Virus record (IMG/VR): IMGVR_UViG_3300017751_000001
DNA: 64,000 bases
Reading direction: 5' to 3' (one strand)
From: a virus
The notes under the pieces are model-generated. The model did not search any database and was not told the DNA's origin. It saw only the letters and a program-made list of their open reading frames with translations. Position 1 is the first letter of the stretch. Every line of letters begins with the position of its first letter. Positions 44,801 to 54,000 of this stretch are shown in pieces. Position numbers and translations under genes: made by a program.

Positions 44801-46394
44801 TACTTCTATTAATTCGTTCTCCATTCACAAGAATTTCTTCATTATTTTGGAACTCTCCATTAACCTGATACAAAACCAGTTGATTACTCTTTGATGAAGC
44901 CGAAAATACAAATCCAGATGCACTACTATTCTGTCCCTCAATAAATGCAGGAACATTAATAGATGACTCGGCGTTTAATTGCAAATATGTAAAAGTTTGA
45001 ATATCATACAACGATGCTCTAAAAGTAGTACCTTCATTTGCATATGCAGCATCTCTCAATCTAAAATCATAGAGTCTTGCAACACCAACATGAAGTCCAC
45101 TAACAGATCCTGGGGTTGCAGTTCTAGATCCATAGAGATTTAAAAGTCCTTCTGTTCCAAGACCAACTGCAGGAGATCCATAAACGTTATTGACTTCAAT
45201 AGTTCTGCCTACACTAAAAGGCAAAGCTTCATTGACAACATTTTCTGTTGTTCTTGGTTTAGGAATATCTAGTGTACTAGTATTCAGAGTCTCCACTTCA
45301 TATCCACGAACATATGCCTTTCCAGGTCCAATTGAAAGAGATACTACATCCTTACTGGGAATATTTCCTTGTTGAGTAGTTTGATTGGAATAATATGCTC
45401 CATCATTACCAATCCTATCATTAAGTGTTTCCTTAACATTAATACCAAATGGAGTAATGTAGTAATCTCCAGACTCATCATATGTTCTTCTCGCTAACTC
45501 ATCAGTAATTAAATCATATGTAGTGGTATTACTAAACTTCCGAATATCCCCTTCTTCAATCCTAAGCAATTCAATGAAATTTTCATCATTGAAATCGTTT
45601 AGAGACTTCTTAATAAGCTTTGTTGAAATTTTTAGTCGATCTGCACCAGGAGCTGCAAAGTTTGAAAATCCCCTAGCATTGTCATACAAATCGTTATATT
45701 CATCCGAAGCAGTTACAAGTTCTTCGGAAATGTCTAGACCAACTCTATAACTTGGTGCATCAGCATATTGATCTAGAATTACTGTAGAATCTGGTACATC
45801 TACAAAGAATCCACGAATGAAATATACACCATTGGCAAGTTTTGCAGCAGATCCTACGGCAGTAGAATTAGAAATAATTGCTGTAGCAAAACTAGTTCCC
45901 GTTCTAATACTAGAAAGGGTGTAGTCAATATCTTCTTGAGCGATTAAATTTTCACCATCGGTGAAAGTTGTACCAGAGAAATCGTTTTCACTAGCACCTT
46001 CATATTTAATGTATAACGTATAATTGCTTTTTTCGGACTCAGAATTCGTAATATAATCTTCAATCTTTGCTTTAACACCACTAGTTTCTCCCTTGATTCT
46101 CTTTCCTTTTAGGGAATTCAAATACAAAGAAACTGGAAGTCCTAAATGAGACTCATCAATCTGGACAGAGGTATACTCATCGTCATATGCAATTTGTCCA
46201 GGGATAACTACAGATCCCTCTTTAAACATATGCTTACCAAACTTCTCAATTTGGTTCTGCAGAATTGACTGTAGAGTAGTTAATTCCCTAGACTGAATTG
46301 GGAGTCCAGGCTTAAACAGAACCCTCTGATAATTATTAGACGCACTGAAATCATCAAAATATGGAGATGAATTTAAGTTGGTATTCTGTGGCAT
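38859..46394 (-). CDS. vrlC: VrlC/DUF4815-family giant virion structural protein
   Basis: 2511 aa. N-terminus NLNSSPYFDDF...YQRVLFKPG.PIQSRELTTLQSILQNQIEKFG, plus DKFKSGFFVDNF and VDPLAQSF motifs; follows gp8. Confidence 0.85.
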   Translation of the reverse strand: MPQNTNLNSSPYFDDFSASNNYQRVLFKPGLPIQSRELTTLQSILQNQIEKFGKHMFKEGSVVIPGQIAYDDEYTSVQIDESHLGLPVSLYLNSLKGKRIKGETSGVKAKIEDYITNSESEKSNYTLYIKYEGASENDFSGTTFTDGENLIAQEDIDYTLSSIRTGTSFATAIISNSTAVGSAAKLANGVYFIRGFFVDVPDSTVILDQYADAPSYRVGLDISEELVTASDEYNDLYDNARGFSNFAAPGADRLKISTKLIKKSLNDFNDENFIELLRIEEGDIRKFSNTTTYDLITDELARRTYDESGDYYITPFGINVKETLNDRIGNDGAYYSNQTTQQGNIPSKDVVSLSIGPGKAYVRGYEVETLNTSTLDIPKPRTTENVVNEALPFSVGRTIEVNNVYGSPAVGLGTEGLLNLYGSRTATPGSVSGLHVGVARLYDFRLRDAAYANEGTTFRASLYDIQTFTYLQLNAESSINVPAFIEGQNSSASGFVFSASSKSNQLVLYQVNGEFQNNEEILVNGERINRSITEFDDYGIQDVYQIASSDGVAFTADTKLTNKIRFAEPGSEYTVSIESAGVSTITSPNANFGAVSGISTGDVIAYSKAATATPSYAVVKQIGTNARSIIVEATTTVTNVNVGALPTSEITASDVNKVTLEILNSGSNTLYAELTEPNVSSVNLNDAEIIFKKTYYIAVSSGAYSATLESDSSLTLEPYDAEDYNVSFDSTGTTESLSDQKLTVSGRTVTLSQMSEDGAATLTVTWKKKNPKAKNKVFSRANTIQISNSSTNTSGIGNSSGNDGLTFSEVYGTRVQDKRISLGICDVARVAAVFESSSNSSPQLPKIILTDLNASITNALKGESIVGETSGASAIFVETNGTNEASFIYENESVFQSGETVIFQDSNISANVQSFLSGDRDIKNNFEFDPGQNEDYIDFSSLIRKNSANAPTKRLTVVYDSFVIENSDPGDLVSVDSYDATLYGNTLPYIGDIPVSDIIDLRPRAVSVASTLSPFEYKSREFNPLTSSTTHVFSSNKNINLSYDYYLGRIDKIFLTKDGVFNRAEGVPSYDPQVPNSVDNALEIATLEMPPYLYSVDDIEVQVATHKRYQMRDIANIDTRLTNVEYYTSLSLLETETSSLTIKDPTTNLDKFKSGFFVDNFRSKVGGGAVSDSQYRCSIDTAEGEARPEHYTTSIDLLLGSEAVIGASAAGSATPDADYRFVSDLGDANVVKKGDIVTLKYTEKEWLKNKFATRSENVNPFHVVNWIGVLELNPATDTWIDTRKIPSMTVDMEGSYDAMQGMVGGTDSNTGLSPIQWGAWETTWTGKTRTKGPVILKKSKRVKGSMKKKKKRGKFVRGRGIPVTTTKRWKQKVTKIREVTTVKTGTKSRDGIQYKVEESFDSKSLGNRVVSSDVAAVMRSRNIEFVCKRLKPNTRLYAFFDNIDMNAFIVPKLIEIEMVSGTFGVGEIVVGNGTNSTNKSIKFRLAQQNHKYGPYNVPTQTYTSNPYNVDNSISGSYSSTTGLLNVDTASLELQSASGFFGCLAKSMTLVGQSSGAIAKVKDIRIVTDRAGVVIGSLFIPDPTVPSSQVFNTGSKTFTLTSSSSNQTISGFTDSSAETTFMSTGTINNTQETTLRIRNASVERVPTSESKDVSRSRTRLKATVKFKNRKKKQTRWVDPLAQSFEVPDENGVFLTSCEIYFRTKDASELPVTLQVRDLELGLPTQSILPFGEKVLDPSEVVTSNDGSKATTFTFDSPVYCQGGNAYALVLLSASNEYTVFISRMGEEDISTINSADSEKIIVSQQPLLGSLFKSQNGATWDPSQFEDLKFNLYQAQFSSTSGTVKFYNPDLDIGNKQIVTLSNNPLNMLSNNTVIGLGKSLTSNEVAGLVAGTTIGQENNANFSAKLIKVLGAVGIGSVLALTSAGSGFANGSPTYTDVPLVSLTGNGSGAKATIVVGSNLVSSATVSAGGTGYSVGDVLTADPINTGGFGSDLRLSIKNEVGIISAFNTLIVDRVQGVPSVDASSAVVFTTGAGSTSIISATSIQYVDSISDGLTFMVKHSNHGMYSPLDMVTLSNMETDVKPEKLTAKYNSSSTDNLSVTNVGVYTSFENVPVDSNNPGYLKLGDEIIKYTGVTTTSSAVTGITRAVDDTTSGNYSVDDLLFKYELNGISLRRINTSHNLGEVNITKYPIDVDSYWLKVGISSRGVDRSPGNATGLPELYWNETKSAGSYIAEGANTGSGNVPRATQNIPFNILRPNFTILQPDGTSVSASCRTFSGDSPDGNLGAFIDQGFQPISLEGDNEFTSPRIIASKVNELTRLENYPGRKSFAIEVTLNTEDEFVSPQIDLDRVSAVFIMNRLNNKVDNYATDKRVNSIDNDPNAAIYLTQVINLDKAADGLKVMFDAYRHHTNEIRVLYRAFRVDAPSGDQLFQLFPGYKNLDLSGGIIDPAKNDGLPDKFVPASDGYDDINPYEFNVSNIAQFNAFQIKVCMSGSNYAYVPRLRDFRVIATI

Positions 46395-46400
46395 TTTTCT

Positions 46401-47996
46401 TTAGAACTCCAGAACAATCTTGATGTCTTCTTTCTGACTTGCAGATCTAGGAATAGGGGCTCTATTATCAATATAGATAATTTCGCCAGACTTAGTGTTG
46501 TATTCGGCAGACGCAATACCAGCAACAAAGTTAAGACCAAGTTGGTATGTCTTATTATTTATTGAGGTACTTACACCGTTAAAATCAGTATTTACTGATA
46601 GTAATGGTCCAGTGACAGTTTCCCCAGTAATTGTCAACCCAAATCCCGCATCAGGACTTGCCGAAAATGGAATAATCTTATATCCAGTTTCACTAGAAGC
46701 AAGACCCATTGGTTGGTAATATTTAAGAACTCCACTAATTTTATCCCAAGATGCGACATATCCAATAGCAGTGGAACCAACACCAACTGTCTGGGTAATT
46801 TCGGAGTCTACAGCATATGTTGTCGCTGTGGTGATACCACCCATCTTAATCCCTTTCAGTCCACTAACTTGAGAGGTCTCCAAAAGTTCAGTGTTACTGC
46901 CAAAGATTGTTGGATTTTTGATAACTCCAACTCTAGCAAAATCATTACCCTCAATAATATCTGGGTTAGTTTCAATAGTCTCGAATCTAGAATATAGAAG
47001 AGCTCTATATGCACCCAATTCTCTGTAGACATCATATCCATGTCCACCTTTTGGTGGAATAATTACACTAAAGTTACCAATAGAAGTAGTACCAATACCA
47101 GTATTAGTAAGGTTTTCTAGTGGTCCGCCTTCCTGACTTCCAGGAGCTCCTGGGAAGAATTGAATAGATCCATGAGTATATCCAGATCCGCCATCAGTAA
47201 CGAATACCTCAGATACTTTACCAAAGGAATCAATGGTTACGGTTGCCTTACCACCAATACCATCACCCAAAATATCAACATTGGAGAATGATGTAGAAAT
47301 TGGTTGGTAATTAGACCCTCTAGTGTCAATAACTACGACTTCAATTTTTCCATCAATAGAGTTATTTCTGGTTGCTACAGATTCACCTCGCATCCCCCAG
47401 TCCTCGGGAACTGGAATATATTCAATACTATCAAACTTTACAATTTCAGATGGTTTTATAGTATACAAATATTTCCAAACATAACCGTCACCAGAAGTAC
47501 CTGCGGCTCTTGATTCCAAATCAATAAAAGTTGGTTGATCATACGATGGTCTACCACTTGGGTTTTCTGGATCAGATCCATTTTGAAGACAAATGTAGAC
47601 CTTTAGATCTTCATTAACAACATAGTAATTTGATTCATACAAATTACCCTGTTTTGTAATTGGGGTTGTATTGTAAATTGTATAGTCATGTCGATACATT
47701 TCATAAGTTGTACCAGCAATCCATTCGACTTTACGGACTAATCTACGGACATCTTTGTCCGTAATTTTCTTCATTGCAATAATAGATTCCTTGATTTGAT
47801 GTTCTTCAAAGAACCCATCCAATGGAGCGGGAGTATTGGTAGACCAGTCACTTGTTCCACCAGCCTCTTCCTCAAAAGCATTGGGTAACCCAATGAATGC
47901 ATAATATTTGTTTACGGTAGACCCAACGCCAACGAAACTCTTTACAAAGGTTTCGGCGTTTAGAATTCTAAACTGTTCCGATATAATGGCAGGCAT
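46401..47996 (-). CDS. gp8: Baseplate wedge subunit
   Basis: VRKVEWIAGTTYEMYRHDY, DGYVWKYLY and EYNTKSGEIIYIDNR..EDIKIVLEF are T4-like gp8 motifs. Confidence 0.92.
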   Translation of the reverse strand: MPAIISEQFRILNAETFVKSFVGVGSTVNKYYAFIGLPNAFEEEAGGTSDWSTNTPAPLDGFFEEHQIKESIIAMKKITDKDVRRLVRKVEWIAGTTYEMYRHDYTIYNTTPITKQGNLYESNYYVVNEDLKVYICLQNGSDPENPSGRPSYDQPTFIDLESRAAGTSGDGYVWKYLYTIKPSEIVKFDSIEYIPVPEDWGMRGESVATRNNSIDGKIEVVVIDTRGSNYQPISTSFSNVDILGDGIGGKATVTIDSFGKVSEVFVTDGGSGYTHGSIQFFPGAPGSQEGGPLENLTNTGIGTTSIGNFSVIIPPKGGHGYDVYRELGAYRALLYSRFETIETNPDIIEGNDFARVGVIKNPTIFGSNTELLETSQVSGLKGIKMGGITTATTYAVDSEITQTVGVGSTAIGYVASWDKISGVLKYYQPMGLASSETGYKIIPFSASPDAGFGLTITGETVTGPLLSVNTDFNGVSTSINNKTYQLGLNFVAGIASAEYNTKSGEIIYIDNRAPIPRSASQKEDIKIVLEF

Positions 47997-48027
47997 TTTG
48001 ATGAAAACTAGACGTTTTTTCTTTTAG

Positions 48028-48035
48028 TATTTAGT
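48028..48035 (-). promoter_or_regulatory. Late promoter variant ACTAAATA
   Basis: Intergenic, 32 nt upstream of gp8. Confidence 0.7.
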
Positions 48036-48037
48036 GG

Positions 48038-51000
48038 TTAAGATAAAGGTTGAATTCTAGTAACCACAGCAGCAGTTGATAATCCAGTCGATCCATTGTC
48101 TGAATTAACAAAGAATTGTTTGGGACTTCCACCAGCTCTATTTTGATAGTTGTTAATTTTACCCCAAGTATATTTACCATAAAATGGTTTATAGTCAAAT
48201 TCATTGTCTAAGAAATATGGTCCATTTGGATCGAGACCGACCTCAATGTCAATAGACGAAAATGGTTTGGGCACGAAAGCGCATGTTACTGTAACTAGTC
48301 CAGACACAACATCAACAGGCGTTACTTTTTCAACAAAGAATCTTCCCTGTAGATGTTCTCCTGCGGGAATTTCTGATGTCTTGTTAAGTGGGAAGTTTAA
48401 ATATCCGCCAATAGAAGTGGTGATGCCAGTTAATGCATGACCAACTACCAATGGACTATCATAGATGATAAAGTAATCACCCGCAGATAGTTCCGAATAA
48501 TTTACGCCCAATGTATTCAATGAAGAATATCCATATCCAAGGTTAGTATTATCATAAAAATCAGATTTAAGTACAAAATCTATAGTAGGTGGAGTACTAA
48601 ATCCAATTCCAGGTCGATTAGTATTTACACCAACAATAACACCAAAGTCACCAACGGCATCTATAGAGAGAAGTTTTTCACTTACTGTACGATCTGTTTC
48701 AATAATCACTGGTGGGCTTGATCCCACTGCATATCCAAATCCACCATTTTCGACAGTGACACTAGTAACAATACCATTGGTAACGGAAGATCTTGCAGTA
48801 GCTCTATTAATAATTGGATCTGCATAGAAAGCAGTTGATCCAGATCCAACCGCAATAGTTCTTCCATTGATACCATAATCAGTTTTAATTAAGTCAGAAA
48901 GTACTTGAGAGTGATCGATATCTCGTAGAGTCCAATTGGACAAATCGAATGAGTAATGTAAATTTCCAGAGGTATCAATTCCGACATAGAATCCATCTTG
49001 ATACCTAATTCTATCAAAGTCAAATGTAGCTGGATTTGTAGCATTTGGATCACTGTAAATCATCCAGAAGTTTTTGTCAGATGAAATGCCGATAAGTCCG
49101 CCGTCACCAACAAAGACAAATTTATCCCCATCAAATACAATATCCGTAATATTCTTTGGAGTATTACTGGATAATGGAGTCCAAACTAAACCTTCATTTG
49201 AGGAAAGGAGCATTCCACCATTTCCCGCAACAATAAATTCACCCATTCCATATGCGATTGAATTTAGATCTTCTAGAGTTCTAGAATAACGACTATACAT
49301 CGTTGTAGTTCCAATACCAACTCCAGTGAAAATAGATCCACCAGTTCCCACAGTAACCCAAGCATCTCTGGTTGGTTCAAAGATAATTTTATTGAAAGTT
49401 CCCTCATATTCTGATGCAAAATCCAACGTGGACTGAATTGCAGGAATTTGTCGTTGTTCAATCAATTGAACTTCTTGCCAATCAGTGAAAGTATTACCAA
49501 CAGAGACTCCCTTAACAACCTTGGAGTATTCCCCAGAGGCTCTTACATAGTTTATTGGAGATGAAGTTGATTTGCCAAGTGCGACGGTATTCATCGTAAT
49601 CGTTCCACCAAATCCAACGGTTCCCCTTTCCCAGAAAGTTCCACTCTTTGTATTGATGTATTTACTACTTGTCCCAACAGCAATTACTTGATCACCATAA
49701 GCCAATTCTTTCCAATCATACAATCCTGGTCCAAATCCAGTGATAATATCATCAAAACTCCAATCAGAAATTGGATCCTTTCTCGTAATCAAAGAAGAAG
49801 AAATAGTTACACCTGGTGACGTGAGAGCATATCCAACTCCACTATCTGAAATAGAAATACTAGAAACACTAGAAGAAGTAGCAACTTGAGATGTACTAAT
49901 TGCTGTCCTAATCTCTCGGTCATCCATTATCAAGATATTTCTTTCTGACTGAGTTACCAAATCAATATCCGAGAAGATTGGGAATGCATTTTCCACATAT
50001 ATTTCTCTATCACTTTCACCAACATTTCTGATAATTCTAGTGGTTGGTGTAGTTCTAGACTTCAAACTTGGTCTAGCCTTAGAAATTAAGGTTCCTGAGA
50101 GAATCTTATCTCTTCTTTGTTTCTTCCATGTCAATGGTCTTTCTGCAGTTGGAGCAGTATCAATACCAACGCTCTTATATGCAAATGTTTCAAGAATATC
50201 AGAAGCAACGATTCTCTTAGCTTGTCTTGGGAATTGATCTAGATCGAATAGATTTAGTTTATTCTCTTTAATAGTTACAGTATCACCTGCTTTAACAGTC
50301 AGAGGTGGATTAATTGTCTCCACATCTCTCTTAGATCCTCGGAAGTAGAATACAGAACACTTGGATCCAGATTTGGGAGATTCACTAAAAATAATTCTAC
50401 TTCCTTTGAAAATATAAGATTCTCCAGGAACTTGTAGAATATCATTAATGTAAATGAATATATTATTACTAATATCCATATCACTTCCAGGAAGTGTCTT
50501 CAAACTTAGAATTTCTGTTTCTCCACCAGTAGTTACAGATAAGGTAAATTTACTTCTAAGTCCATTAAAGAACTGACTAATATCATCGAAAAGAATAAAT
50601 TGTCCAGGATAGAATCCAGAGAACTTATCATTGCTCAACTCAATAACTTTAAGAGTAAATTCTGTATGCACTCCAACCCTTGGGTCTGTGGAAATTCCAC
50701 TAACGGTTAAGATGTCGTCTACTTTAAATGCAACTCCTTCTTCAGTAATTTGATATTCTTGTATTTCTCCATCAGCATTAATTCTGAAGTCAACTACAGC
50801 ATTAGTTCCAATACCAGTAGATCCTTCAGCATATATCAAATCCCTATTAAAATACGGATCTGGTGCAGTAATTTCAATACGAACTGGTTTGTGAACTCTT
50901 CCTGGAGTTGCGTAGTAATTTCTCTCGGTTATAATCCCACTATTAGAACGGAAAGTTGCTCCTGTTAATCTTTCACCAACATATAGTCCATCATACCCCT

Positions 51001-54000
51001 CGTCCAACGAATCTGCAAATCTCTGTGCTCTAGAGACTGTACCACCTCTATTATAGTTGTGTGGTGTTGTAGAAGGACCAACTTGAACACTAAATGTAGT
51101 TGCTCCACCAACTTTTTGAACAAGAGCGCCAGAGAAAGAGAAATCCATTCCACTGGTAGAGTTATTTTGTTCTCTAGGAGCAACAATGGATCCTTGAATA
51201 GTTCCACCACCAACATAGTATGATGGTGTTGTGGAGGGACCAACATTGATTCTAACGTTTGTAGTGTTCAATACAGATGCAATACCTGCAGAGATCCAAT
51301 ATGGATCGCCTTTTTGAGGATATCTATGTTCTGTAGAGTTACCGTCTTTGGTACATGTGAAGATCAAAGACTCTGGTTGGATTCGTACAGGTTTGCCAGC
51401 GAATAACGTATGTCCTGTACCAACTGTCAACTCAATAATCCCAGTATCTGGAACATAGTTAGCACCACTAACATCCCAGAAATAACTTGTAGTTGGACCA
51501 ACATTTACCGTAAACGTATCATCGGTTTTAGCGTCAACAACAACTCTAGTATCAGAATAGGGGTCGGTTGATCTTGGATAAGTATGAACTGTGGAGTGGT
51601 CATCCATTCCACAAGTAAAACTCATAGTATTATCAGTAAATTTGAAGGATCTACCAACTCTAAGTCCATGATTAGGACAGGTTACTGTTAGAATTCCAAT
51701 GGAAGCCGTATATTCTGCATTAGTGGCTGATCTAAAAGTATGTGTTGATACCCCAACATTAATATCAAAGGTATTCGTAGAATATCCGACAATAGTGGCA
51801 GATGCCCCTGATATAGGGTCAGTTGACCTTGGATAACTATGTTGAGTTTGATTATTATCGAGATCGCAAGTAAATACGAGCGATCCATCCTGAATCAATA
51901 CATTACCAGTTGCGGTTGTTAGTCCATGAGCGGTATTACCCGTTCCCACCAACATAATACCAGTCTTGGGATTGTATGTTGCGTTAGTAATTTGAATATA
52001 TGAGTTGGTAGATGTCCCAACATTAACCTCATACGTATTTGTCGTTACATTACTGATTGTAAGTGCAATTCCAGATGCTGGGTCTGTGGGTCTTGGGTAA
52101 GGGTGTTCCGTTGCATTCCCGTCCAAACTACAAGTAAATACCAAAGAGTTATCAGTAAATCTGGCAAAATCACCATTAACATATCCATGACTTGGTGCAG
52201 TGACTGTCAGAATACCAGAAGTTGCATTGTATTGTGCTCCTGTAGCTGGAAAATACTGCAATGGGGAAGCCCCAACAGGAATAGTAAATGTATCATCAGT
52301 ATGGGTTGTAATTGCAACACTATTAGTAGTAGAAGCATATCCACCACCAGCTGGGTCAGTAAGTCTTGGATAAGTGTGTTGAGTCTGATTATCATCTAAT
52401 TCACAAGTAAATGTAAACGAATTATCAGTCAACTTAATAGTTTCGCCCTTAACATGTCCATGATTTGGAACAGTAATTATTATTTCACCAATATCTGGAT
52501 CATATACCGCATTAGTTGGTTGTTGGTAAACAATAGGAGTAGCTCCAACATTGACCGTAATCGTAGTTGCATTGACAACACTAGCAACTGGAATATCTGA
52601 TCTATTATGAACAGGATCTCTACGTCTAGGATATAAATGTTCAGTTGCATTGCCATCCATATCGCATGTGAATGTCAACGATCCTGTTGCAATACCAACC
52701 GTATCATTTGTAGTTAGGAAATGTGGTTGGTTAAATTGAAGTGTCAATACTCCCGTAGATGGAATATACCCCACTGTAGTTGGAGTTAGGAATGGTCCAG
52801 CCCAAGTGTATTTTGCAATAGCACCACCATTATTACTATCAGGAACAAACGTATATGTGTAATCACCACCAGTGATAACAGCAGTAGCTCCTGCACTAAC
52901 AAATGTATGTGGATATCCACCACCTCTCCAGAGTGCAGTAGATCCAGAACTTACAAAAGTATGATCATAGTCACCACCAACAACAATAGCTTCAGATGTT
53001 GCACTGACAAAGTTATAATCATATTCTCCACCAAGAATAATGGAACTAGAAGCGGACCCAACAAAACTGTGTGCATAGTCACCACCAGAAACTACAGATC
53101 CTGTTTTTGCAGATGCAAACGTGTGTGGATATGACTCATTTCTTGGAGACTTACCTACATCTAAAGTAATTGTTGTGTTTGTTGTCGAAGCAATAGAAAT
53201 AGACTTTTGATATGATTCATCTCTATGTCTTGGATAATAGTGAATGGAAGCACCATTATCAATGTCACAAGTAAATCCAAGTCCACTGAGAACAACACTT
53301 CCCGCTTTACCACCTTCCGAATACCCATGAGGGGCAGCGGTAGTAATCGTCATAATGCCACTAATATTATCGTACTCTGCTGTAGTAATACCAATTGATG
53401 GAGAGTAATCACAAGTAAATGCAATTCCACTAACAATTACAAAATCATTTTTTGTAAAATTATGATTTCTTCTTGTAGTAATAGTTGCTACTCCACTAAC
53501 ATTATCATATTCAACATCAGAAAGTCTTAAGTCTACGGAACTAGTTGTAGTTTGGCCAACTCCACTGACAACAACAAAATCATCCGTTTTTAACCCATGA
53601 CCCTTATATCGAGTAATGGTTCCAGTAAGAAGTTGTCCTGTATAGACTCCCACATTTCTTGTGAGATCATACATTTCTTCTGTGGCATCAATATTAATGT
53701 CAACATTATTTGGGACTGTAAATCCAAAATACTTCTTTAATCCTCTAGGGAAAGTAACAGGTCCATTAATGGTATCAAATACCAATCCTTCAAGTTTTAC
53801 TGCATCGTCATCAGTAAGACCATGATTCTCACTAAATCTGACGGTCAAAATTCCAACAACAGGATCATACTCAGCAATACCAACATTTGTTGTAACTCCA
53901 ATCTGTTCACCATGAGCAGTAAATGTTGTGATTCCTGATTCCTGCGTATTATCGCTGTATACGACCTTTGCGGCAGGAAAGTACCCAGTACCACCAGAGG

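Noticed and set aside
52845-53086. Regularly spaced repeats as a possible CRISPR-like array or DGR template/variable pair
   Set aside because: The 54-bp units are in-frame coding repeats, diverged at synonymous sites, with no constant repeat and unique spacer pattern. No reverse transcriptase or adenine-specific variation was seen here or among the Cys-rich paralogues.
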